This document shows positions 10,401-19,006 of a DNA stretch of 64,000 nt, piece after piece (the stretch's first letter is position 1; each line of letters starts with the position of its first letter). Source of the DNA: Mycoplasma sp. CAG:956. GTDB taxonomy: Bacteria > Bacillota_I > Bacilli_A > RF39 > UBA660. The DNA lies in contig HF993083.1 of NCBI GenBank assembly GCA_000433475.1, positions 10,919 to 74,918 of the forward strand, read 5' to 3'. Below the pieces are notes generated by a model. The model was not told the DNA's origin, ran no database searches, and worked only from the letters and a program-made list of their open reading frames with translations. The translations under genes were made by a program, and so were the position numbers.

Positions 10401-12003
10401 TATTTTTGATGATGATGAAGGTAATCCTTTAGGTTCAACTTACTCAAGTGGTTTTGACCTTCCAGATAAAAAATGTCCAAATTGTGATATTCCAATGATT
10501 AAAGACGGTCAAGATATTCCATTTGCTACCTTCTTAGGATTTAATGCTGATAAAGTACCAGATATCGATTTGAATTTTAGTGATTTAAACCAAGCAAGTG
10601 CTCATGATTATACGAAGGTATTGTTCGGTGTTGATAATGTTTATCGTGCAGGAACTATTGGTACTGTTGCTGAAAAGACCGCTTATGGTTATGTTCGTGG
10701 ATACTGTGAAGATAAGGGCATTATCATGCGTAATTTAGAAATTGAACGTTTAGCTATGGGATGTACTGGAGTTAAGAGAACTACTGGTCAGCACCCAGGT
10801 GGTATCGTTGTAATTCCAGGATATATGGAAGTTTATGATTTTACACCATTTCAATATCCAGCAGATGATCCAACTAGTGTATGGCGTACAACTCACTTTG
10901 ATTATCATGCGATTGATGCTGATGTTTTAAAACTAGATATTTTAGGTCATACTGACCCAACTCAGTTAAGAATGATACAAGATTTAACTGGTGATGATAT
11001 TACTAAAGTACCTTTAGATGATAAGGCAACTATGTCGATATTTACTTCGACAAAAGCTTTAGGAGTAACACCAGAACAAATTATGTGTGATACTGGTACT
11101 TTAGGAGTTCCAGAATTCGGTACACCTTTTACAATCTCTTTGGTTAAAGATACTAAACCAACTACTTTTGCTGAACTTATTAAAATATCTGGTTTGTCCC
11201 ACGGTACTGATGTATGGTTAGGTAATGCCCAAGAATTAATTGCTAAAAACGTTGTTCCTTTCTCTAAGGTTATAGGTTGTCGTGACGATATTATGGTCGA
11301 TTTAATGTATCGTGGACTTCCACCATTTAAAGCCTTTAAAATAATGGAGTTTGTTCGTAAAGGACGTGCTTCTAAACCAAAAGACCATGAAGAATGGGAA
11401 GGCTATGTTAAATTAATGCATGAATATAACGTAGAAGACTGGTTTATTGATTCATGTGCGAAAATTAAGTACATGTTCCCTAAGGCTCATGCGGCTGCTT
11501 ATGTTACTAGTGCTTTTAGAATTGCTTGGTATAAAGTTCATAAACCTATAGTTTACTATGCTTCATACTTTTCTACACGTTTTGATGATTTTGATTTAGA
11601 AGTTATGGTTAAAGGTTATGATACAATTAAAGCTAAAATGGCTGAATTAATGGCTAAAGGTTATGATGCTACTAATAAAGAAAGTAGTTTATTAGAAACT
11701 TTAAAGTTAGCTTTAGAAGCAACAGCTCGTGGTATTAAATTTAGTAATATTGATATCGAAAAAAGTGATGGTAAAAACTTTGTTATAGAAGATGAACATA
11801 CATTAATCTGTCCATTTAAAGTTTTGGACGGTTTGGGAGATTCCGTTGCTACTAAAATAATTGAAGAAAGAAATAAACAACCATTTATAAGTATTGAAGA
11901 TTTACAAAGCCGTGGTAAGGTAAGTAGTACAACTATTGATAAATTAAGAACCCTTGGCGTTTTAGATGGCTTACCAGAAACTTCACAATTAAGTTTATTT
12001 TAG
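7486..12003 (+). CDS. polC: DNA polymerase III PolC-type with internal 3'-5' exonuclease
   Basis: VVFDTETTG / HNAKFD / HRADYDA exonuclease motifs inserted in PHP domain, Zn finger CSKCK...CPNCD, PDIDLNF; ATG lies 1 nt after the dnaE stop with AAGGAG inside the dnaE 3' end. Confidence 0.95.
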   Translation: MSSEELFFQSLGINDLKVYQNYKIKEVLLDEKKREFNVTMIVPNDLIFQDVDKLYQACKRGINGNIKVNLTVESNITDKDKIISIFRYVLNNYISTKPSLSGIIDNNITMDDDIIIVEVNTKIEEKSVLEGVKSLLNRLSFYGIKDVNITTTVNVEKQEEIKKLMESSHEEQVVKEVSPVFLGKHIDGDIMEINDIMGDTKNVIVEAFIFGEITTLEKETINIITLKVSDKTNSILAKIFKKDHDEFSEVMDNLKAGNWYRIHGNVEFDTFAKELVLKVRNMEKIASKENKVKDDAEVKRVELHTHTMMSAMDAVIPAEALVKYAYNLGHRAIAVTDHNCVQSFPELYHTVENINKGKDPKDHFKVLYGTEINVVNDDIDVVFNNREYNLLDQTYVVFDTETTGFYAGSDQMIEIGAVKIKNNEILDRFDELIDPHRPLPQKITDLTYITDDMLRGKENEDVVTKKFLDWVGDLPLVAHNAKFDISFMKAACNKYNLGEFNATVLDTMSMARMLHPDWPNHKLSTLTKKLNIPWDEDKHHRADYDAEGTAYAFYKFCKDFDQQNISTTTKLVKSIDTDSLVKFAYPFHATIIAKDRGGLKNLFKIISMANTKYLYKNEQPKIPRQEISKLREGLIIGSACINNEIFEKAAGMEDEELVNMMSFYDYIEVQPLSVFSHLIGIDRKFNNEIEAQNYLKRIIRVAKEAGKPVVATGDVHNLTKEDLIYREIIVNTKFNGKLHPLNRKGMAVPNMYLKTTNEMLEEFNFLDEATAYEIVVTNPNRIADMVSEIEVIIATPKPFAPKIPNSIETMTELVYTKARNWYGDVLPYHIEDRLAKELYGDSLKEAITYYVNKDESITDKDKEIFAILHKTIVGGYDSVKDYIKGYLKDTLEEVPNDEELDKEAKKKLGGIIGAGYDVIYLIAQKLVKHSNDEGFLVGSRGSVGSSFVACMMGITEVNSLAAHYRCSKCKLSIFDDDEGNPLGSTYSSGFDLPDKKCPNCDIPMIKDGQDIPFATFLGFNADKVPDIDLNFSDLNQASAHDYTKVLFGVDNVYRAGTIGTVAEKTAYGYVRGYCEDKGIIMRNLEIERLAMGCTGVKRTTGQHPGGIVVIPGYMEVYDFTPFQYPADDPTSVWRTTHFDYHAIDADVLKLDILGHTDPTQLRMIQDLTGDDITKVPLDDKATMSIFTSTKALGVTPEQIMCDTGTLGVPEFGTPFTISLVKDTKPTTFAELIKISGLSHGTDVWLGNAQELIAKNVVPFSKVIGCRDDIMVDLMYRGLPPFKAFKIMEFVRKGRASKPKDHEEWEGYVKLMHEYNVEDWFIDSCAKIKYMFPKAHAAAYVTSAFRIAWYKVHKPIVYYASYFSTRFDDFDLEVMVKGYDTIKAKMAELMAKGYDATNKESSLLETLKLALEATARGIKFSNIDIEKSDGKNFVIEDEHTLICPFKVLDGLGDSVATKIIEERNKQPFISIEDLQSRGKVSSTTIDKLRTLGVLDGLPETSQLSLF

Positions 12004-12042
12004 TTTGATTTTGTGGTATCCTTATGTTAGGAGGATAACGAT

Positions 12043-12279
12043 ATGTCAAAGAAAGATTTAAAAAAATATAACGATATGTTATTATGTTATGCTATTTTGA
12101 TTTTAACTATCGGTTTAGTTGGAGGTTCATTTTTAATAGCAGTTGGTGTTAAATGTGATACTATAAATGCTATTAGTTTCTGTATGATGGGTTCTATTAT
12201 AATTCTTACTTTCTTTGTGATTTCTGTTGTGATGTACTTGGTTGCAAAAAAGGAAGAATTTAAGAAATTATTTGAATAA
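12043..12279 (+). CDS. Small two-TM membrane protein
   Basis: 78-codon ORF with two hydrophobic spans, RBS taggagga upstream. Confidence 0.4.
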   Translation: MSKKDLKKYNDMLLCYAILILTIGLVGGSFLIAVGVKCDTINAISFCMMGSIIILTFFVISVVMYLVAKKEEFKKLFE

Positions 12280-12287
12280 CTGATAAG

Positions 12288-12322
12288 CTGTTAGAATGTT
12301 TTGATTCTAACAGTTTTATTTT
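12288..12322 (+). terminator. Rho-independent terminator after polC operon
   Basis: ctgttagaat / attctaacag 10-bp stem, 6-nt loop, ttttatttt tail. Confidence 0.75.
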
Positions 12323-12367
12323 GCGTAATAAGTATAAATATAATATGAAATTTGGTAATAAAGACAA

Positions 12368-12396
12368 TTGACATATACTAGATACTTTGGTAAAAT
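12368..12396 (+). promoter_or_regulatory. Sigma-A type promoter of the rplU operon
   Basis: TTGACA - 17 nt - TAAAAT with TG at the extended -10 position. Confidence 0.7.
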
Positions 12397-12496
12397 AACA
12401 GATGTTTTAAGGGCTTTCTTAAAACCGCACTGAAAAGGTTAAAAGAGTTTTGATACCACCTTAAAGGCGTGTCTTAAATTTATAAGGAGGGATATT
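12397..12496 (+). promoter_or_regulatory. 5' leader of rplU (candidate L21-leader type autoregulatory RNA)
   Basis: ~100-nt untranslated leader with 8-bp hairpin gttttaag/cttaaaac (12404..12425); position matches the L21 leader known in Bacillota; fold not verified. Confidence 0.4.
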
Positions 12497-12799
12497 ATGA
12501 AAGCAATTTTTGTAACAGGTGGAAAACAATATTGTGTTTCTGAAGGCGATGTAGTTTATGTTGAAAAATTAGATGCTGAAGTTGGTAAAGAAGTAACTTT
12601 TGATGAAGTTCTTATGGCTGGCGAAGTATTTGGTAATCCAACAGTTAAAAATGCAAGTGTAGTTGGTGTTGTTGAAAAACAAGGTAAACAAAAGAAAATT
12701 ACTGTATTTAAGTATAAACCTAAGAAGAAATATCGTAAAAAACAAGGACATAGACAACCATATACTAAGGTTACTATTAAGTCTATTAATGTTAAATAA
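12497..12799 (+). CDS. rplU: 50S ribosomal protein L21
   Basis: [18 protein letters not shown]... typical L21 sequence; RBS aaggaggg. Confidence 0.95.
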   Translation: MKAIFVTGGKQYCVSEGDVVYVEKLDAEVGKEVTFDEVLMAGEVFGNPTVKNASVVGVVEKQGKQKKITVFKYKPKKKYRKKQGHRQPYTKVTIKSINVK

Positions 12800-12801
12800 T
12801 T

Positions 12802-13113
12802 ATGATAAAAGTGAACTGTGTAGTATCTAATGGTTTAATTAGTAAAATAAGTATTAAAGGTCATGCTGACTATGATACTTTAGGTAAAGATATTGTTTGT
12901 GCAGCTGTATCTAGTATAGTTACAACTACGATAAATAATGTAATAGCTTTAGAAGATGACACAATTAAATACGATACTAAAGAAGGTAATGTTTGTATTA
13001 CTGTTCTAAGGAATAGTAAAGTTACTGATAAACTTTTAAATGTTATGTTAAATATGTTAAAAGAATTAGCAACTGACTATCCACAAAATATAAAAATAGG
13101 AGGATTAAAATGA
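12802..13113 (+). CDS. prp: Ribosomal-processing cysteine protease Prp
   Basis: GHADYD...[10 protein letters not shown] His/Cys motif; sits between rplU and rpmA; ends in TGA overlapping the rpmA ATG. Confidence 0.9.
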   Translation: MIKVNCVVSNGLISKISIKGHADYDTLGKDIVCAAVSSIVTTTINNVIALEDDTIKYDTKEGNVCITVLRNSKVTDKLLNVMLNMLKELATDYPQNIKIGGLK

Positions 13114-13397
13114 ATTTTATGAAATTGAATATCCAATTATTTGCTCACGTTAAGGCTCAAGGTTCTACTCAAAACGGTAGAGATTCTGTTGGTCGTAGAT
13201 TAGGTGCTAAGGCTAGCGACGGTGAAGTTGTTAGTGCTGGTTCAATAATCTATCGTCAAAGAGGAACTAAGATTTATCCAGGAACAAATGTTGGAATGGG
13301 AAAAGACCATACTCTATATGCTAAAATAGCTGGCGTTGTTAAATTTGAACGTTTAGGTAGAGATAAGAAAAAAGTAAGTGTATACGAAGTTAAGTAG
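13110..13397 (+). CDS. rpmA: 50S ribosomal protein L27 with N-terminal propeptide
   Basis: KLNIQLFA|[14 protein letters not shown]... L27 core preceded by Prp-cleavable extension. Confidence 0.95.
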   Translation: MNFMKLNIQLFAHVKAQGSTQNGRDSVGRRLGAKASDGEVVSAGSIIYRQRGTKIYPGTNVGMGKDHTLYAKIAGVVKFERLGRDKKKVSVYEVK

Positions 13398-13453
13398 TAT
13401 ATACTTCTTTTTTTATGTTATAATTTTTCTATAAGATATGAAGGTAGGTTAAT

Positions 13454-15211
13454 ATGTTTGGAAAGATTATAGAGTTAAGAGATAATTATATATATTTAGA
13501 AAATAAACTTGATAGAGCAGAAACAAATTTAATTGGTTTTCATGTTGTTTTTAATGATTCCAATAAGACTTTAGTTGGGGAAATTGAAAATATAAGTGTT
13601 GAAAAAATAGAAATATTACTTATAGGTGAAATTAAAAATAATGCATATGCGCCAGGCATTATAAAGAAACCAAGTCCTAATGCAACGGCTAGAATTATTA
13701 CTAAAAAGGAATTAGAATATTTATTAGGTAGTCAAGATTATAGTAATAAAAGTAACCTACTTATAGGTAATTCCCTTGTTTATGATGGATTTAAAATTAC
13801 AGCGAATAAAAATAAGTTTTTTAGTGGGCATTTTGCTATTTTAGGAAATACTGGTTCTGGAAAATCTTGTGCTGCGGCTAGACTTTTACAAAATTTATTT
13901 TATAGCAATGATGATAAATTACCAATAAATTCTCATTTTGTTATTTTTGATGTTTTTGGCGAGTATAAAAGTGCTTTAAAAGGAATAGAAAATATTTCTG
14001 GTTTAGCCTTTAAAAGTTATTCAACAAATCCAAAGGAAGATGATATGCCAGTAAAAATACCAGCTTACTTTTTAGGTGTTGATGATTTGGCACTTTTACT
14101 TAATGTTAGTGATTATAATGTTATTCCCGTTATTGAAAACACTTTAAGATTAACTTATATTTTTACAAGTAAAGATCCAGATACAGTTAAATATAAAGAT
14201 TATATTATTGCTTCAACACTAATGGATATATTATCTTGTGGAAAAACAGCGGCTGCTATTCGTGACCAGATAATTGCTGCGTTAACTAAGTTTAATACAG
14301 TTAACATTAGTTTAGATTCCATTATTCATCAACCAGGTTATGATAGAACTTTGCGTCAATGTTTACTTATTGATAGTCAAGGCAAAATGAATGCCATTGG
14401 ACCCTTAACTGATTTTGTTAAATCTTTCTTAAATTTTGATTTAAATGAATTAAAAATCAAGCCTAATTTTATTTATACATTAGAGGATTTACAAGTTGCA
14501 TTAGATTTTTCTTTACTTAATGAAGGGGTATTAAATTCAAGTGTGAGATATGATAAATTAAATACTTTGAAGATAAGGTTAAATTCTATTATTAATAGTG
14601 AATATAAACATATATTTGAATTTAGTGAAGTTGTTTCTAAAAATGATTATATTAAACAATTTTTTAAAGCTAAAGACGGTAAGAATGCTCAAATAATTAA
14701 TATTAATTTAAATGGAGTTGATGATAGAATGATTAAAATTCTATCAAAGATATATGGAAAAATGTTTTTTGATTATGTAACTAATTTAGATAAAAGGGCA
14801 AGTTTTCCTATTCATATGGTAATTGAAGAGGCTCATAGGTATGTTCAAAATGATCATGATTATGAGATATTAGGATATAATATTTTTGATAGAATTACTA
14901 AAGAAGGTCGTAAATATGGAATTCTTTTAGGGCTTATTACTCAAAGACCTAGTGAGTTATCAACAACTAGTTTATCACAATGTTCAAACTTCTTAGTACT
15001 TAGACTTCATCATCCTGATGATGTTGATATTGTAAGTAGAATTAGTGCTGCTGTAAATAAAAATATGTTAGAAAGAGTAAAAACTTTACGTTCAGGTATG
15101 CCATTGTGTTTTGGAACAGCCTTTAATATTCCCGTAATTGTGGATATGACTTTGCCTAATCCAATGCCTACTTCAACTAGTGTTGATGTTGTAAAAGTTT
15201 GGTATAACTAA
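13454..15211 (+). CDS. HerA/FtsK-superfamily (DUF87-type) ATPase
   Basis: Walker A GNTGSGKS, Walker B-like HMVIEEAHRY, ITQRPSELS...NFLVLRL motif, N-terminal barrel-like region; own extended -10 tgttataat at 13416..13424. Confidence 0.8.
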   Translation: MFGKIIELRDNYIYLENKLDRAETNLIGFHVVFNDSNKTLVGEIENISVEKIEILLIGEIKNNAYAPGIIKKPSPNATARIITKKELEYLLGSQDYSNKSNLLIGNSLVYDGFKITANKNKFFSGHFAILGNTGSGKSCAAARLLQNLFYSNDDKLPINSHFVIFDVFGEYKSALKGIENISGLAFKSYSTNPKEDDMPVKIPAYFLGVDDLALLLNVSDYNVIPVIENTLRLTYIFTSKDPDTVKYKDYIIASTLMDILSCGKTAAAIRDQIIAALTKFNTVNISLDSIIHQPGYDRTLRQCLLIDSQGKMNAIGPLTDFVKSFLNFDLNELKIKPNFIYTLEDLQVALDFSLLNEGVLNSSVRYDKLNTLKIRLNSIINSEYKHIFEFSEVVSKNDYIKQFFKAKDGKNAQIININLNGVDDRMIKILSKIYGKMFFDYVTNLDKRASFPIHMVIEEAHRYVQNDHDYEILGYNIFDRITKEGRKYGILLGLITQRPSELSTTSLSQCSNFLVLRLHHPDDVDIVSRISAAVNKNMLERVKTLRSGMPLCFGTAFNIPVIVDMTLPNPMPTSTSVDVVKVWYN

Positions 15212-15212
15212 A

Positions 15213-16081
15213 ATGGAAAATATTGTATATCATGGATTAGTACTTCTGATTTAAAGGTTTTAGAGCCACATAAATCTACACATGGAAATTTTGTTTATGC
15301 AACAAACTATAAAGAAATAGCAACTATTTTTGCTAAAAAATATGGTCATGATTTAACTTATGGTATTGGTAGAAGTAATAAAGATGAACCTTGGATAATA
15401 ACAGAAAGAGTACCAGGGGCTTTTGATAGAATGTTTAATAATCCGTTTTCTTTGTATACTTTGCCAATAGATACTTTTAAAGATATAAAAACTGGTTTTG
15501 CTAAAGTTGTTTCTGATACTAGTGTGAAAGTTTTAAAAAATGAACCTTTCTTAAATAATGGTATTAAAGTAATATTAGAAACTTATCCAGAATTAGAAAA
15601 CTATGTTAAACATTCTTTAGAAATAAATAATTTTAATGAAGAACAATTAAAAGATTTATATGCTAAAAAAGATGAGTTTTTAAGTAAGAAAGATTTTGAA
15701 CTATATTTAACTGGAAGTGTTTTTAATAGTTTAGATAAACCAGCTATTATCGATTTTGGAGCAGGGCATTCTATTTATAGGACACCTCTTGCTTTTTATG
15801 AGTTTCAAAGGTTAATGAAAAAATTTAAAAATATTGTTTTTCTGGTACCTAGTGAAGATAAGAGTGAGGCTTTAAGGATAATAAATGAAAGAGTAGCAAA
15901 ACGTGGTCAAAATAATGGTGTTGATTATACCAAAATTAACAGTGGTCATTTAGAAAGTCCTTGTAATGATATAATAGCTACTATGAAAATATGTACTAAA
16001 GGAATGAACTCATCTCGAGTTGCTAGTGAGATATTAAGAAGAATTCAAGAAAGAGAAGAAGATATTGATATAAAAAAGTAA
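15213..16081 (+). pseudogene. Hypothetical gene with apparent frameshift near 15233 (ATG 15213 frame stops at 15252..15254; long frame has no start until 15431)
   Basis: MENIVYHG... from ATG 15213 runs into a stop. The adjacent frame is open from 15212 and reads ISTSDLKVLEPHKSTHGNFVYAT..., continuous with the track ORF 15431..16081. Confidence 0.5.
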
Positions 16082-16250
16082 GATATTTATATAATCATAG
16101 ATATGTCTAATTGTTTGTAAAGTAAGATAAAGTAAAGAAAAAATAATTTTCTTTTTAAATTAAGTATGCTAATATTAAGGGGAATAGAGATAATAGATTA
16201 ACAAAATTACTATTCAAAGTTTAATAACTATCATAAGAGGAGGAAAAATT

Positions 16251-17450
16251 ATGGGATTTATTAAAGCATTTGCAGGAGCAATAAGTGGTACTTTTGCAGA
16301 TCAATGGAAAGATTTTTATGTTCCAAGTAGTAATATAACAGAAACATCTGCTGTTTATCCTGCTGTATTAAAAAGTACAAATAATGGTAGAGGAGAAAAC
16401 TATAAAGGTAATGCTAATATCATTACTAATGGTAGTAAAATTGTTGTACCAGAAAATACTGCTTTGATTACAATGCAAGATGGGGCAATTACAGGCTGTA
16501 TTACTGAAGCTGGTGGTTATGAATTTAAGTCAGATGATGTAAATTCAAAATCAATGTTTGCAGGAGATGGAATATTTGGTCAAACAATTAAATCAACATG
16601 GGAAAAAGTAAAATTTGGTGGCATTCCGGGAAGTCAACAATTAGCATTCTATGTTAATTTAAAAGAAATTCCTAATAATAAATTTGGTACTCAATCTGAA
16701 ATTTATTGGGATGATGCTTTTTTAGGAACACAAGTTGGTGCTATTACAAGAGGTACTTATACTTTAAAAATAGTTGATCCACTATTATTTGTTAAAAATT
16801 TTGTCCCAGCTAAATATTTAGTTGTTGATGCACCAGTATTTGATTTTGGTGATATGGATAATGATGCTTGTGAACAATTATTTAATGAAGTAGTTGGTAC
16901 TTTATCATCAGCATTTTCTAAGTATACAAATGATCCTGAAAAAGGTAATAGAATTACTAAAATTCAAGCTGATCAAATTGGTTTTGCTAAGGCAATGAGT
17001 GCTGCTGTAGAAGAAGCATATCAATGGAAGGAATCTAGAGGTTTAGAAATTGTTAAAACAGCTATTCTTGCTATTGAATATGATGAAGATACTAAGAGAT
17101 TAATGAGTGATGTTAAGAAAGCTGATGCCCTAAGTGGTGCTAGAGGAAACTCATTTATGCAACAAGCTGCTGCTCGTGGTTTAGAGAGTGCTGGTGCAAA
17201 TGGTGGTGGTGCTGGTATGGCTTTCATGGGTGTAGGTGCTAATGCTGCTGGTAGTATGGTAAGTAACTTTGCTCAAGAAAACACTCCTTCATCTTATAAT
17301 CCTAGTTTTGCAAACAAAGAAAGCAATAGTGGAAATGCTACAAGTGAGGATCCTGCTACTAAACTTCTTAAAATGAAAGAACTTTTAGATGCTGGTGCTA
17401 TTACAGAGGAAGACTATGAAAAAATTAAAAAACAATTATTAGGACTATAA
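16251..17450 (+). CDS. SPFH-domain protein of the virion-core-protein-like (YdjI-like) group with C-terminal SHOCT motif
   Basis: MGFIKAFAGAISGTFADQWKDFY N-terminus typical of this group, Gly/Ala-rich linker, C-terminal LLKMKELLDAGAITEEDYEKIKKQLLG (SHOCT). Confidence 0.7.
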   Translation: MGFIKAFAGAISGTFADQWKDFYVPSSNITETSAVYPAVLKSTNNGRGENYKGNANIITNGSKIVVPENTALITMQDGAITGCITEAGGYEFKSDDVNSKSMFAGDGIFGQTIKSTWEKVKFGGIPGSQQLAFYVNLKEIPNNKFGTQSEIYWDDAFLGTQVGAITRGTYTLKIVDPLLFVKNFVPAKYLVVDAPVFDFGDMDNDACEQLFNEVVGTLSSAFSKYTNDPEKGNRITKIQADQIGFAKAMSAAVEEAYQWKESRGLEIVKTAILAIEYDEDTKRLMSDVKKADALSGARGNSFMQQAAARGLESAGANGGGAGMAFMGVGANAAGSMVSNFAQENTPSSYNPSFANKESNSGNATSEDPATKLLKMKELLDAGAITEEDYEKIKKQLLGL

Positions 17451-17453
17451 AAC

Positions 17454-18899
17454 GTGGAAGATAATACTAAAACTAATGTTACTGATATTAATAATGAACC
17501 AACTATTATAAAGACTGATAATGGAGTAGAAAACGGTCAAAATAAATGTCCAAAGTGCGGAGCAACAGATATATCACCTGTTGCTTCAACTGGTCATTTA
17601 CGTTGTAATTTTTGTCATTATGAATTTGAGTCAGAAAAATTTGCTGCTATGATGAGTGATATCGATGCTTTAAATGGTGAAGTTATTGGTTCAGGAGCTC
17701 AAGACATTGTAAGTGATGCCTCTAATATCGTTACATTTAAATGTAGTAGTTGTGGAGCAGAAGTAGTTGTTGATACAGCTAGTAGTATGCAGGCTAGATG
17801 TCATTGGTGTCGTCATATATTGTCTGTAAATGAACAAATTCCAAATGGTAGTGTTCCTGATACCCTGCTGCCTTTTAAAGTATCCAAGGAAGATGCTGAA
17901 GGTATAATTAAAGGCTTTGTTAACAAAAGAAAATTTTTTGCTAATCCTAAGTTTAAAAAAGAATTTACAACTAATAATATAATAGGAGTATTTTTTCCTT
18001 ATATGCTTTTAGATGTAAATGCTCATGCTAATTTTAGCGGGGAAGGTGAACATCAAACTAAGGCTTATCAAGTTGAAATAGGTGATAAAAATGGAGCATA
18101 TGGTGGAGAAAGTTATCAAAATAGTACAGTTAGGCAAACTCTTTATAATGCTGATGTTTATCATGTTGAAAGAGATTTCAATTTAACAATTAGTAATCTA
18201 TCTATAGAATCAAGTTCCAATAATCTAAATGAAGTAAGTGGTAAAACTAATAATATTATTAATGCTATAATGCCTTTTGATACAGAAAACTGTGTTAAAT
18301 TTAATGCTAATTATTTAAGAGGTTTTAATTCAGAAAAAAGAGATGTTAATATTGAAAACTTAAAGGAAACAGCTTATGAACAGTGTAAAGATATAGCAAG
18401 ATACTCATGAAATGATACTTTAGAATTTTATGATAGAGGTGTTCGTTGGGATAATGAGTCTTTAAATATTAGGGGTGAGCAGTGGACATCTGCTTATTTG
18501 CCTGTATGGCTTTATAGCTATTTAGAGGATAAAGGTAATAAAAAACTATTACATTATGTTGCTGTAAATGCAAGAACTAAAGAAGTAATGGGAAGTGTTC
18601 CTATTCATATACCAATGTTGTTACTAGCATCTTTTATAGTAGAAATATTTGGATATATAATGGCTAGTAATATTGATTGGGATTACAGTTGGATATTTTT
18701 ATCAGTGGGATTTATTTATTTCTTTGTTATTTATAATATATATCGTAATAAAAGTGCTCGTCATACTTATGAAAAAGAAACTAAAAGAGATATGAAAAAT
18801 TTAAAGAAAATAGATAATTTTGTGAGAAGTAATAATGGACAGACTAGTAGTATGATGGATGGCGCTAATAATAGAACTATAAGAGGTAAATTTCATTAA
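17454..18899 (+). pseudogene. Double zinc-ribbon membrane protein interrupted by one in-frame TGA (18408..18410)
   Basis: CPKCG...CNFCH and CSSCG...CHWCRH ribbons. Track ORFs 17454..18410 and 18498..18899 are in the same frame, and the codons between them are open and read NDTLEFYDRGVRWDNE...; two C-terminal TM helices. Confidence 0.6.
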
Positions 18900-19006
18900 G
18901 ATAGATAAATGTTAGAAGTTTTTTCTAGCATTTTTTAAATTTTATTTTGGTAAAAATTCTTGATTATCCAAGTATTTTATGATTAAATAATTTTTTGGTG
19001 AAGAAA

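Noticed and set aside
13454-15211. Calling the ATPase a Sir2-HerA or DUF4297-HerA anti-phage system
   Set aside because: No Sir2 or DUF4297/Cap4-like gene is adjacent. The upstream neighbour is rpmA and the downstream gene has neither signature.
18408-18410. In-frame TGA as evidence for genetic code 4 (TGA=Trp, Mollicute-like)
   Set aside because: TGA clearly terminates prp (13111..13113, overlapping the rpmA ATG), the histidine kinase (21401..21403) and the 48945 gene. Very long ORFs (polC at 1505 codons, dnaE) contain no TGA and encode Trp with TGG.
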